The notes beneath the pieces were generated by a model. The model had not been told where the DNA came from. It saw only the letters and a list, made by a program, of their open reading frames with translations, and did not search any database. Below, piece after piece: positions 8,533 through 15,268 of a DNA stretch of 32,000 bases. The position numbers and the translations under genes are program-made. The stretch is from assembly GCA_964412785.1 (NCBI GenBank), contig CAYPQD010000025.1, forward strand, positions 1-32,000, read 5' to 3'. Within the stretch, counting starts at the first letter, position 1; every line of letters starts with the position of its first letter. Source of the DNA: an uncultured Hyphomonadaceae bacterium. Lineage in GTDB: Bacteria > Pseudomonadota > Alphaproteobacteria > Caulobacterales > Hyphomonadaceae.

Positions 8533-9018
8533 ATGATGAAAGTCACCCTCGCCGCCCTTGCCCTCGTCTTTGGCGCCGGCACGGCTTCCGCCCAGCAATA
8601 TGCCGCAGCCAACGGCTACCGCACCTGTCCGGCGGACCAGACCACTCAGGGCATTGAGATCGTCCGCGATGTCTGCGGCGCGCTCAAGCCGCCGAGCCTG
8701 ACCAGCGCCAACTTCTCCTCGCTTGACGAGTTGAGGGCCGCAGAGGCCCAGCGCGTTGCCTTCGAGCAGGACGTGGCCGCGTTCGGCCAGTGCGTCACCG
8801 GCTTCATCCAGTCCTATCGCCGCCCCGGCGCCGATGCCAGTTCAGCGGCGCCGGACCAGGCCGCCTGCGCCCATGCCTGGGCAGAGGACCAGGCGACGCA
8901 GCTGGTGCGCGACTTTGGCCGCGCCTGCGTGGATTTTTCCAACCGGTCCATGGTCGACGGCACGATCGAGCCGTGGAGCGGAGCGTGCTACCCTTCGGCC
9001 GGCTCCGGCCAGGGCTGA
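8533..9018 (+). CDS. Secreted hypothetical protein with signal peptide and six cysteines
   Basis: GAGGAG at 8523-8528 precedes ATG 8533. MMKVTLAALALVFGAGTASA-QQ is a Sec signal with an A-x-A site. The mature part has 6 Cys (RTCP, DVCG, GQCV, AACA, RACV, GACY). Confidence 0.6.
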   Translation: MMKVTLAALALVFGAGTASAQQYAAANGYRTCPADQTTQGIEIVRDVCGALKPPSLTSANFSSLDELRAAEAQRVAFEQDVAAFGQCVTGFIQSYRRPGADASSAAPDQAACAHAWAEDQATQLVRDFGRACVDFSNRSMVDGTIEPWSGACYPSAGSGQG

Positions 9019-9035
9019 GCGCGCCCCCGCGCCAT

Positions 9036-9061
9036 GCCGCTTGATTTGTCCCGCAAGCGGC
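9036..9061 (+). terminator. Stem-loop between the secreted-protein gene and the MFS gene
   Basis: GCCGCTTG (9036-9043) pairs with CAAGCGGC (9054-9061) across a 10-nt loop. It starts 18 nt after the stop at 9018 and is not followed by a T-run. Confidence 0.3.
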
Positions 9062-9074
9062 GGGACATAGCGCC

Positions 9075-10376
9075 ATGCGCAGCGACGGGATGCCGCCGAC
9101 AGACCAGCAATCCGATGCGCCGTGGCCCGATCGCCGCGGCGCATTCCGTTTGCTGTTCTTCGCGCTCGCAGTCATCGGCGCGGGCAACACCATGCTCATC
9201 GCCGCCGTCCTGCCACCGCTGACGCGCGCGCTTGCGCTGCCGGACTGGATGGCCGGTGCAATCTTCTCCCTGTCGGCGGCACTCTGGGTGGTGATGAGTC
9301 CCTATTGGGGGCGCAAGAGCAACAGCTGGGGGCGCAGGCGGGTCGCCGCCCTTGGCCTTGCCGGCTATGCCGTCTCGATGCTCCTGTTCGGGGTGTTCGG
9401 CTCGCTCGCGCTGGCGGGCGTCCTCACCGTGCCCGCCCTCATCTTTGCCTGCCTGCTGGCCTCGCGCGCCCTGTTCGGCCTGTTCGGGTCAGGCACCAGC
9501 CCGGCGGCCCAGGCCTATGTCGCCGACCGGACCCCGCCGGAGCGGCGCACCGAGGAGATGGCCTCTGTCACCGCAGGTCACAGTTTCGGCACCGTCGCCG
9601 GCCCCGCCTTCGCGGCAGCCGTCGCAGGCGTCTTTGGCCTCTTGAGCCCGGTTTTCCTGACCTTCCTGATGGCGGCCGCGGCCAGCTGGCTGATCGCCAC
9701 CCGCCTGCCTGAGAACACCCCGCCGCAGGGGGCCTTCGAGCGCCCGTCACCGCGCATCGTCAGCCCGCTGTGGTGGGACAGGCGGATCACGCCCTTCATC
9801 CTGTTCTCGATCGGCCTGTCACTGGTCACCGGCGTGATCTTCCAGACCTATGCCTTCGCCATCATGGACAAGCTCGACGTCGAAGGCGCCGCGGTCAACC
9901 AGTTCACCGGGCCGGCCTATTCGGTCGGCGCCATGGCGACCCTGATGGCGCAGCTCATCCTGATCCCGCGCCTGCACCTGTCCAACCGGATGCTGATGGT
10001 GTGCGGCGCGGCGGTGATGTGCCTCGGCACGCTGATGATCGTGCCGACGACCAATTTCGCCGTGCTTATCATGGCCCAGTTTGCCATCGGTCTCGGCCAG
10101 GGGCTCAGCCGGCCCGGCTTCTTCGCCGGCGCCTCGCTCGCGGTCGGTCCGCAGGAGCAGGGCGATGTTGCCGGCCTGATGGTCGCCACCAATGCCATCG
10201 GCTTTGTCGTCTCGCCCCTGTTCGGGCCGTTCATTTACCAGTATGTCAGCGCCGACGCGCCCTTCGTGATGGCCGCCGCCCTGCTGGCGGTCATGACCCT
10301 GTTTGCCTGGTTCCAGGTGCGGCTGCCTGACCTGCCGGAGCGTGAACCGCCGGGCGTGACCGGTGACGAGCTCTGA
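9075..10376 (+). CDS. MFS transporter
   Basis: 433 aa with about 12 hydrophobic segments. An MFS motif-A-like loop (WGRKSNSWGRRRV) follows TM2. Confidence 0.8.
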   Translation: MRSDGMPPTDQQSDAPWPDRRGAFRLLFFALAVIGAGNTMLIAAVLPPLTRALALPDWMAGAIFSLSAALWVVMSPYWGRKSNSWGRRRVAALGLAGYAVSMLLFGVFGSLALAGVLTVPALIFACLLASRALFGLFGSGTSPAAQAYVADRTPPERRTEEMASVTAGHSFGTVAGPAFAAAVAGVFGLLSPVFLTFLMAAAASWLIATRLPENTPPQGAFERPSPRIVSPLWWDRRITPFILFSIGLSLVTGVIFQTYAFAIMDKLDVEGAAVNQFTGPAYSVGAMATLMAQLILIPRLHLSNRMLMVCGAAVMCLGTLMIVPTTNFAVLIMAQFAIGLGQGLSRPGFFAGASLAVGPQEQGDVAGLMVATNAIGFVVSPLFGPFIYQYVSADAPFVMAAALLAVMTLFAWFQVRLPDLPEREPPGVTGDEL

Positions 10377-10383
10377 AGGGCGG

Positions 10384-11709
10384 TCAGGCGCCCCGCGCGG
10401 CGTTCACTGCATCGAGCATCGCCGGCGTCGGATACCCGTCGGCTGGCAGGCCCTGCGCCTTCTGGAAGCGCCGCAGCGCAGCCCGCGTGCCCCGCCCGGC
10501 AATCCCGTCGACCGCCCCGGCATCATGGCCGAGCATGTTGAGCCCCGCCTGCAGTGTTTTGATATCGGCGACCGAGAGCGGCGTTATATCGCGCGGCCAG
10601 GGCGTTACCGGCCCACCCGCTCCGACCACCTCATTGGCCAGAACGCCCACCGCCAGCGCATAGCTGTCGGCGCGGTTGTAGGTCTTGAACACATCGAAAT
10701 TCTTGAACAGCAGGTATTTCGGCCCGGTCGCCCCGGCCGGCAGCCAAAGCTCGGCAAACTCGGCGCCGCCGGTTTCGAACGCGCCCCCGCGGATTGGCGA
10801 CAGTCCGAGCCCTTGCCAGGTCGAGACGCGCCGCTGCTGGCCGTCGGCGAGGCCAAAGTCGAACCCGCCCGGAACGATCACCTCAATACCCCAGGGCTCG
10901 CCTGCACGGTAGCCTGAAATCGCAAGGTAATTGGCCGCAGAGGCCAGCGCATCGGCCTTCGACTGCCAGACATTGATCCGCCCGTCGCCATCATGGTCGA
11001 CAGCGTGGGCGAGATAGGTGGAGGGCATGAACTGGGTCTGGCCCATCGCCCCGGCCCAGCCGGAGACAAGTTCGCCGCGCTCGGCAAGGCCCGATTCCAG
11101 CACCTTCATCAGGGCGATCAGCTCCCCTTCCGCAAAGCGTGTGCGCCGGCCCTCAACGGCCATGTTGGCCAGCGTGTTGGCCGCGTCATCGCTGCCGATG
11201 AAGCCGCCATAATTGGTCTCCATGCCCCAGATCGCGGCCAGAACGTGCCGGTCCACGCCATGGCGGGCCTCAAGTGAATCGAACAGCGCGGTCTCCGCGG
11301 CCAGGGCCTCGCGGCCGCGCTCGATCCGCGTGCCATTGACCCGCTTGTCCAGATAGACCCAGATCGGTTCGGCGAACTCCGCCTGGTCGCCAATGCCCGT
11401 GCCAGCGACCGACAGCGTCGGATTGAGGAAGCGGTCGATCGGGCTGAGGTCCTCCAGAACGGCGCGGATTACCGCAGGGTCGCGCCCCTGCGCGGCGGCA
11501 CGGCTGGCAAAGTCGATGCGCCAGGCGTCAAGGCCGGCATGGCCCGAACTCTGATAGGGCGCAAGCGGGTCCACCGATGGAACAGTCGGCCCCTCTGGCG
11601 CCGGCGCCGGCGGTGGCGGCGTCGGTGTCGGGCCGGCAGCGCAGGCGCCAAGCCAGGCGGCCATGGAAATCAGTGCGATCATGCGGGACACCTGTGCCTT
11701 GAATTGCAT
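10384..11709 (-). CDS. Lytic murein transglycosylase (MltB/SLT-2 type) with C-terminal peptidoglycan-binding domain; probable lipoprotein
   Basis: Lies in track ORF 10384..11772. Start placed at ATG 11709 (MQFKAQVSRMIALISMAAWLGAC, lipobox-like) with GGAG upstream. Carries the motifs IWGMETNYGGF and GAMGQTQFMPSTY. The C-terminus LQAGLNMLGHDAGAVDGIAGRGTRAALRRFQKAQGLPADGYP looks like PG_binding_1. Confidence 0.85.
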   Translation of the reverse strand: MQFKAQVSRMIALISMAAWLGACAAGPTPTPPPPAPAPEGPTVPSVDPLAPYQSSGHAGLDAWRIDFASRAAAQGRDPAVIRAVLEDLSPIDRFLNPTLSVAGTGIGDQAEFAEPIWVYLDKRVNGTRIERGREALAAETALFDSLEARHGVDRHVLAAIWGMETNYGGFIGSDDAANTLANMAVEGRRTRFAEGELIALMKVLESGLAERGELVSGWAGAMGQTQFMPSTYLAHAVDHDGDGRINVWQSKADALASAANYLAISGYRAGEPWGIEVIVPGGFDFGLADGQQRRVSTWQGLGLSPIRGGAFETGGAEFAELWLPAGATGPKYLLFKNFDVFKTYNRADSYALAVGVLANEVVGAGGPVTPWPRDITPLSVADIKTLQAGLNMLGHDAGAVDGIAGRGTRAALRRFQKAQGLPADGYPTPAMLDAVNAARGA

Positions 11710-11825
11710 TGCCGTCTCCTTAACCCTGCGTCCAGTCCGGCAGGACTCATTGACTCCCTGCCTGTCTGCCATTAGCGACGCGCATTCTCTGTTTCACAGT
11801 CAAAGACCCGTCCGGATCCCGCGCC

Positions 11826-11951
11826 ATGAAAGTGAAGTCGTCCCTCAAGGCCCTTAAAGAGCGTCACCGCGATTGCAAGGTCGTGCGTCGTCGCGGCCGG
11901 GTCTATGTCATCAACAAAACCGACCCCCGCTTCAAAGCAAAGCAGGGATGA
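11826..11951 (+). CDS. rpmJ: 50S ribosomal protein L36 (Cys-poor, YkgO-like form)
   Basis: Absent from the ORF track because it is under 60 aa. ATG 11826 to TGA 11949-11951 gives [41 protein letters not shown] (41 aa). This matches the L36 family with only one Cys, so there is no zinc ribbon. Confidence 0.9.
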   Translation: MKVKSSLKALKERHRDCKVVRRRGRVYVINKTDPRFKAKQG

Positions 11952-11989
11952 GCCGTTGATGAACAAGCGCGAACGGGAGCGTTAGGCGC

Positions 11990-12598
11990 GTGACCGTCCG
12001 CATTGTCCTGTTCGATCTCGGCAATGTGGTCGTCGACTGGGAGCCGATGCGGCTCTATCGTCGCCGTTTCGGCGATGAAGAGCGCGCGCGCTGGTTCTGC
12101 GAGACGGTGTGTACCCAGGACTGGCACAAGGCCCATGATGCCGGCGTGCCGATGGCGGCCAACATGGCGCCGCTGATCGCACGCTATCCGGAACTTGAAG
12201 CCCACATCCGCGCCTGGCGCGAGGACTGGCTTGAGATGTTTCACGGCTATGTGCCCGGCGTGCCGGCACTGGTCGCCCGGCTGGAGGAGCGCCGCGTGCC
12301 GCTCTACGGGCTTTCCAACCTTTCAGACGAGGTGGCGGAGGAGACCTTCAGCGCCTTCCCGCTGATCCGCGTCCTGCGTGATGTCGTGGTCTCCGGCGCG
12401 GAGGGGATGGTCAAGCCAGATCCGCGAATCTACGCGCTGGCTCTCGCCAGGATGGGCGATCCTGACCCGGCCAGCGTGCTGTTCATCGACGACCGGGCGG
12501 AAAACATCGCCGCGGCCGAGGCGCTGGGGGTGCAGGGCCACCTGTTCAGCGGCGCTGGCCGGCTTGAAGCCGACCTTGCTGCCCGCGGCCTGATCTGA
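11990..12598 (+). CDS. HAD-superfamily hydrolase (subfamily IA-like)
   Basis: GTG start. VLFDLGNVVVDW is motif I, YGLSN is motif II, and VLFIDDRAENI is motif IV. Confidence 0.75.
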   Translation: MTVRIVLFDLGNVVVDWEPMRLYRRRFGDEERARWFCETVCTQDWHKAHDAGVPMAANMAPLIARYPELEAHIRAWREDWLEMFHGYVPGVPALVARLEERRVPLYGLSNLSDEVAEETFSAFPLIRVLRDVVVSGAEGMVKPDPRIYALALARMGDPDPASVLFIDDRAENIAAAEALGVQGHLFSGAGRLEADLAARGLI

Positions 12599-12600
12599 CG

Positions 12601-12864
12601 TCACGCCGCCAGGCGCACGTCGAAAATCTCGCTCAGCGTCACGCCAAGCTCACCGTCGGCCACCACAAGCCGTCCGCGCGCCATAAGCCGGTCCGAGACA
12701 TAGATCTCGATCTCTTCGCCAGCCGCCCGGTCCAGCGCCAGCACACTGCCCGGCGCCAGAGCCAGCAGCTCATCCATCGGCATGCGCACCTCGCCCAGCA
12801 CCACGTCCACCTCAACGGGAACGTCCATCATCCGGCGAGCGAGTGCGGGGTTGGTGTCGGTCAT
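12601..12864 (-). CDS. fliN: Flagellar motor switch protein FliN (SpoA domain only, 87 aa)
   Basis: VPVEVDVVLGEVRMPMDELLALAPGSVLALDRAAGEEIEIYVSDRLMARGRLVVADGELGVTLSEI is a canonical FliN/SpoA domain. GGAGG lies upstream of the ATG. Confidence 0.85.
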   Translation of the reverse strand: MTDTNPALARRMMDVPVEVDVVLGEVRMPMDELLALAPGSVLALDRAAGEEIEIYVSDRLMARGRLVVADGELGVTLSEIFDVRLAA

Positions 12865-12888
12865 CGGGCGCAGCCTCCAGGTCTCAGA

Positions 12889-13281
12889 TCAGTCCGAATC
12901 CGCGAACGTGGCGGGCAGGGGTTTACAGCTTGCAAACAAGTCGAGCTGGCCATCGCTGACCCGCTGTGCCGCGGTGCGGGCAAACGCCGCCAGCCCTTCC
13001 GGAAGCGTGCCCGCCATCCCGGCCGCGTCGAGGCGCTCGGCCAGGTGGCTGAGATCGGCGAGCGCCAGGTCGAGCCGTGCGGCGGCCCGTTCCAGCCGCT
13101 CAAGCCCCGCAGGACCTGCCCGGTCTGCCGCCTCACGGGCGCCCTCCGCGCGGGCCTCGGCAAACAGGGCCGCCAGCTCACGCAGGCTCAGCGTCACCCG
13201 TTCGCCCGTATCCTGCTGCGGCGCGGAGAAATCGGCGGAAAACGAGAACGGTTCGACAGAGGCGATGCGGCGCACGGTCAT
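12889..13281 (-). CDS. FlbE/FliH-like flagellar assembly protein (130 aa)
   Basis: Sits between fliG and fliN, as flbE does in the Caulobacter fliF-fliG-flbE-fliN operon. Ala/Arg/Glu-rich helical protein (LRELAALFAEARAEGAREAADRAG...LERLERAAARLDLALADL). Its start overlaps the fliG stop as ATGA. Assignment rests on position plus composition only. Confidence 0.5.
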   Translation of the reverse strand: MTVRRIASVEPFSFSADFSAPQQDTGERVTLSLRELAALFAEARAEGAREAADRAGPAGLERLERAAARLDLALADLSHLAERLDAAGMAGTLPEGLAAFARTAAQRVSDGQLDLFASCKPLPATFADSD

Positions 13282-14162
13282 TCGATCAGCTCATCGGGCT
13301 TTGCGCGGGCACCGGGGGGGCGGATATCCCCGGCCACGATCAGCCGGCGGACGGTCGCCACCAGTCGCTCCCTGGCGGCCATGACCTGCTCACGGCGGAC
13401 CGGGCCAAGCGCGGCAAGCTCCTCGCCCAACGCTTCGCCGGCGCGCCGGGTCATGTTGGCAAGCACGGCCCGCCGAACCGCTTGCGGCGCCGCCTTCAGG
13501 GCAAGCACCAGGTCGCCGCGCTCGGTCTGCGCGAGCAGGGTCTGCATCCCGGCCGGGTCCAGGTGCGCAAGGTCTTCGAAGCGGACAATCCGTCGGCGGA
13601 GTGCTTCGGCCTCGGCCGGGGCCTGCTGGCCGAGGCGGGCGATCAGCCGCTCTGCCTCGTCTGCCGGAAGGCACTCCAGAACGCCGGCGACCGTGTCGAG
13701 GCCGCTTGCGGGCGAAGCGCTGCCCGTCCCGCCGACATGGCGGATGAGGCCCGCGTTCAGGGCGTCGAGGACGCCCGGCACCGGCGTGACTGGCTGCAGC
13801 AGACGCGCCATCACACGGCCAGCCTCCGGGCGCTTCATCGCGCACACAATCGCCGCACCGAGGGCCGGGTCGAGCTGTGAGAGGATCAGGGCCGCCACCG
13901 CCGGGCGCTCGCCGCTGAGGGCATCGGCCATCCGCGCGACATCGCACCCGGCAAGATCGGCAAACCCGATCATTGCGGGCGCATCGTCCTGCGCTGGCGC
14001 CGCCGATCGTTGCGGGCCGTCCATTGCCGCTGCAATTGCCCGCGACTCTGCGTCCGACAGCCGTGCCCAGACCGGTTCCCCGGCGGGCCCCAACGCCTCC
14101 AGCAGCCGCGCGGAACGCTCCGCACCGCTGAGACCGGAGAGGCGGGGTCTCAGCGCGGTCAT
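13278..14162 (-). CDS. fliG: Flagellar motor switch protein FliG (short, 294 aa)
   Basis: N-domain LSGAERSARLLEALGP. Middle domain SGERPAVAALILSQLDPALGAAIV (the EHPQ-block equivalent). C-domain FEDLAHLDPAGMQTLLAQTERGDLVLALKAAPQAVRRAVLANMTRRAGEALGEELAALGPVRREQVMAARERLVATVRRLIVAGDI. Confidence 0.85.
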   Translation of the reverse strand: MTALRPRLSGLSGAERSARLLEALGPAGEPVWARLSDAESRAIAAAMDGPQRSAAPAQDDAPAMIGFADLAGCDVARMADALSGERPAVAALILSQLDPALGAAIVCAMKRPEAGRVMARLLQPVTPVPGVLDALNAGLIRHVGGTGSASPASGLDTVAGVLECLPADEAERLIARLGQQAPAEAEALRRRIVRFEDLAHLDPAGMQTLLAQTERGDLVLALKAAPQAVRRAVLANMTRRAGEALGEELAALGPVRREQVMAARERLVATVRRLIVAGDIRPPGARAKPDELIE

Positions 14163-14719
14163 GAGCGGGTCTCCGCTGACAGCCAGCCGCGGATCAGGCC
14201 GAGCGCCATGTCTGTCTCATCGGCGCGGCCGCCTTCCGGCTCTGCGGCGGCACAGGCCAGCCTCGGCGATCCGTTGGCGCGCACGCCGGCAATCAGGGCG
14301 ATTGCAAGGGTCGCGACCAGCAGGTAGGGCGCGGCGCGATCCAGACCCGCCAGGCCTGCTGCCGCTCCGGCACCGGCAAAGCTGACGCGCTCCACTGTGA
14401 TGCCTCCAGCCGCCGCCCAGGGTGCAATGCCGGAGCGACCGGCGAGGCCGGCAAGGTTCGCAGCCTCCGCGTTATCGACGGCGGCACGGTCCACGAGCAC
14501 AAGCACCTGAAGCGCGCCATCATTGGCGGACTGGCCGATCGTCACATGCACGCGCCCCGGCCCGGCGACACGCTCCAGAAGGGCGGTCAGACGGGCTTCC
14601 TCGGGGCTTGCTGCGCTCGGGGATGGCGCGGCTGGGCCAGCCAGCGCGGCGCGGGCAGCAAGCAGCCCGGCCACCAGCAGGACGCCAAACGCCAGGATTT
14701 CCACCGGCCTGAAAGCCAT
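14159..14719 (-). CDS. 186-aa two-TM protein in the fliF position; candidate miniature FliF-like M-ring protein
   Basis: Lies in track ORF 14159..14746. Start placed at ATG 14719 with GGAGG 6 nt upstream. The stop overlaps the fliG ATG (ATGA at 14159-14162). TM1 is ILAFGVLLVAGLLAARAAL. A ~100-aa segment follows with a helix-strand-strand-helix-strand pattern. TM2 is PYLLVATLAIALIAGV, and the tail ends DMALGLIRGWLSAETRS. Codon-position G+C counted over 14521-14580 is 16/20, 10/20, 16/20, which is compatible with coding but not decisive. The FliF-like call is inference. Confidence 0.6.
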   Translation of the reverse strand: MAFRPVEILAFGVLLVAGLLAARAALAGPAAPSPSAASPEEARLTALLERVAGPGRVHVTIGQSANDGALQVLVLVDRAAVDNAEAANLAGLAGRSGIAPWAAAGGITVERVSFAGAGAAAGLAGLDRAAPYLLVATLAIALIAGVRANGSPRLACAAAEPEGGRADETDMALGLIRGWLSAETRS

Positions 14720-14779
14720 CGCACGCCTCCGTGACCGGACACACATCCGGCCTCGGATAAAGGCGTAGCCGGTTCACGG

Positions 14780-14795
14780 TAAATCCCGCTTTAAC
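14780..14795 (-). promoter_or_regulatory. CtrA-box-like site (GTTAA-N7-TTTA on the minus strand) upstream of the flagellar operon
   Basis: The plus strand reads TAAA-TCCCGCT-TTAAC at 14780-14795, one mismatch from TTAA-N7-TTAAC. It lies 61 nt upstream of ATG 14719. Ten nt downstream on the minus strand is GCTACGCC (14762-14769), which resembles the alphaproteobacterial -10 GCTANAWC. Confidence 0.35.
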
Positions 14796-14810
14796 CGGGA
14801 TCGTCCGGGT

Positions 14811-15080
14811 TCAGCGGTATTGCTGGACGCGGGTCGCGCGCAGGCCCTTGGCTCCGTGGTGGGTGTAAAGGCGCACCCACGTTGCGAATTCCTCGTCCGA
14901 CAGGGCATAGCGCGCGCAGGCATCATCCCTGGACAGGAGGCCGCCCTGTACGGCGGCGACCACCTCGGCCTTGCGGCGTGTCACCCAGCGCGAAATCGTC
15001 GGCGGGGGAAGGTCGTCGAGCGTCAGCGGCGTTCCGTCGGGGCCGCGCACGCTGACGACGTGGGCGTTCTGCTGGTTCAT
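14811..15080 (-). CDS. sciP: SciP-type small transcriptional regulator (DUF1153 family)
   Basis: MNQQNAHVVSVRGPDGTPLTLDDLPPPTISRWVTRRKAEVVAAVQGGLLSRDDACARYALSDEEFATWVRLYTHHGAKGLRATRVQQYR. The LTLxDLPP...RWVxRRKAEVVAAVxGGLLS...GLRxTRxQQYR pattern is the SciP/DUF1153 signature. I prefer ATG 15080 (AAGGTGG 5 nt upstream) over the track's GTG at 15089. Confidence 0.8.
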   Translation of the reverse strand: MNQQNAHVVSVRGPDGTPLTLDDLPPPTISRWVTRRKAEVVAAVQGGLLSRDDACARYALSDEEFATWVRLYTHHGAKGLRATRVQQYR

Positions 15081-15186
15081 CGGGTCCACCTTGCTTCACA
15101 TGTGGAGTCTGGCCGCCGCTTCTGCGGTCGGCGTGAAACAGGGTGTACCCCAGCCGCCTTTAAGGTGGCGCTGAGCCCGGCACGGC

Positions 15187-15202
15187 AATTTTCGTCAAAA
15201 TT
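15187..15202. promoter_or_regulatory. AT-rich inverted repeat AATTTT-N4-AAAATT in the sciP upstream region
   Basis: AATTTTCGTCAAAATT at 15187-15202, about 107-122 nt upstream of the sciP ATG, in otherwise GC-rich DNA. On the minus strand it contains TTGACG, a -35-like hexamer, followed 16 nt later by GCTCAG. Confidence 0.3.
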
Positions 15203-15268
15203 CCCCCGGTCTTTGACGCGTGCGTTTGCCGGTTGGATAGAAAGCCGTGCCGTGGTGGGACGGCGACC

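Noticed and set aside
13045-14385. 446-aa plus-strand ORF (and 13077..13880, 13390..13947) across the flagellar operon
   Set aside because: It is antisense or out of frame relative to fliG and its neighbours, which carry diagnostic motifs. The sequences are Arg/Ser/Ala-rich shadow frames.
15213-15241. Plus-strand promoter-like TTGACG-N17-GATAGA
   Set aside because: It would fire into the antisense strand of mnmA, with no plus-strand gene downstream. It is probably a chance match, and the same hexamer region is better explained on the minus strand for sciP.
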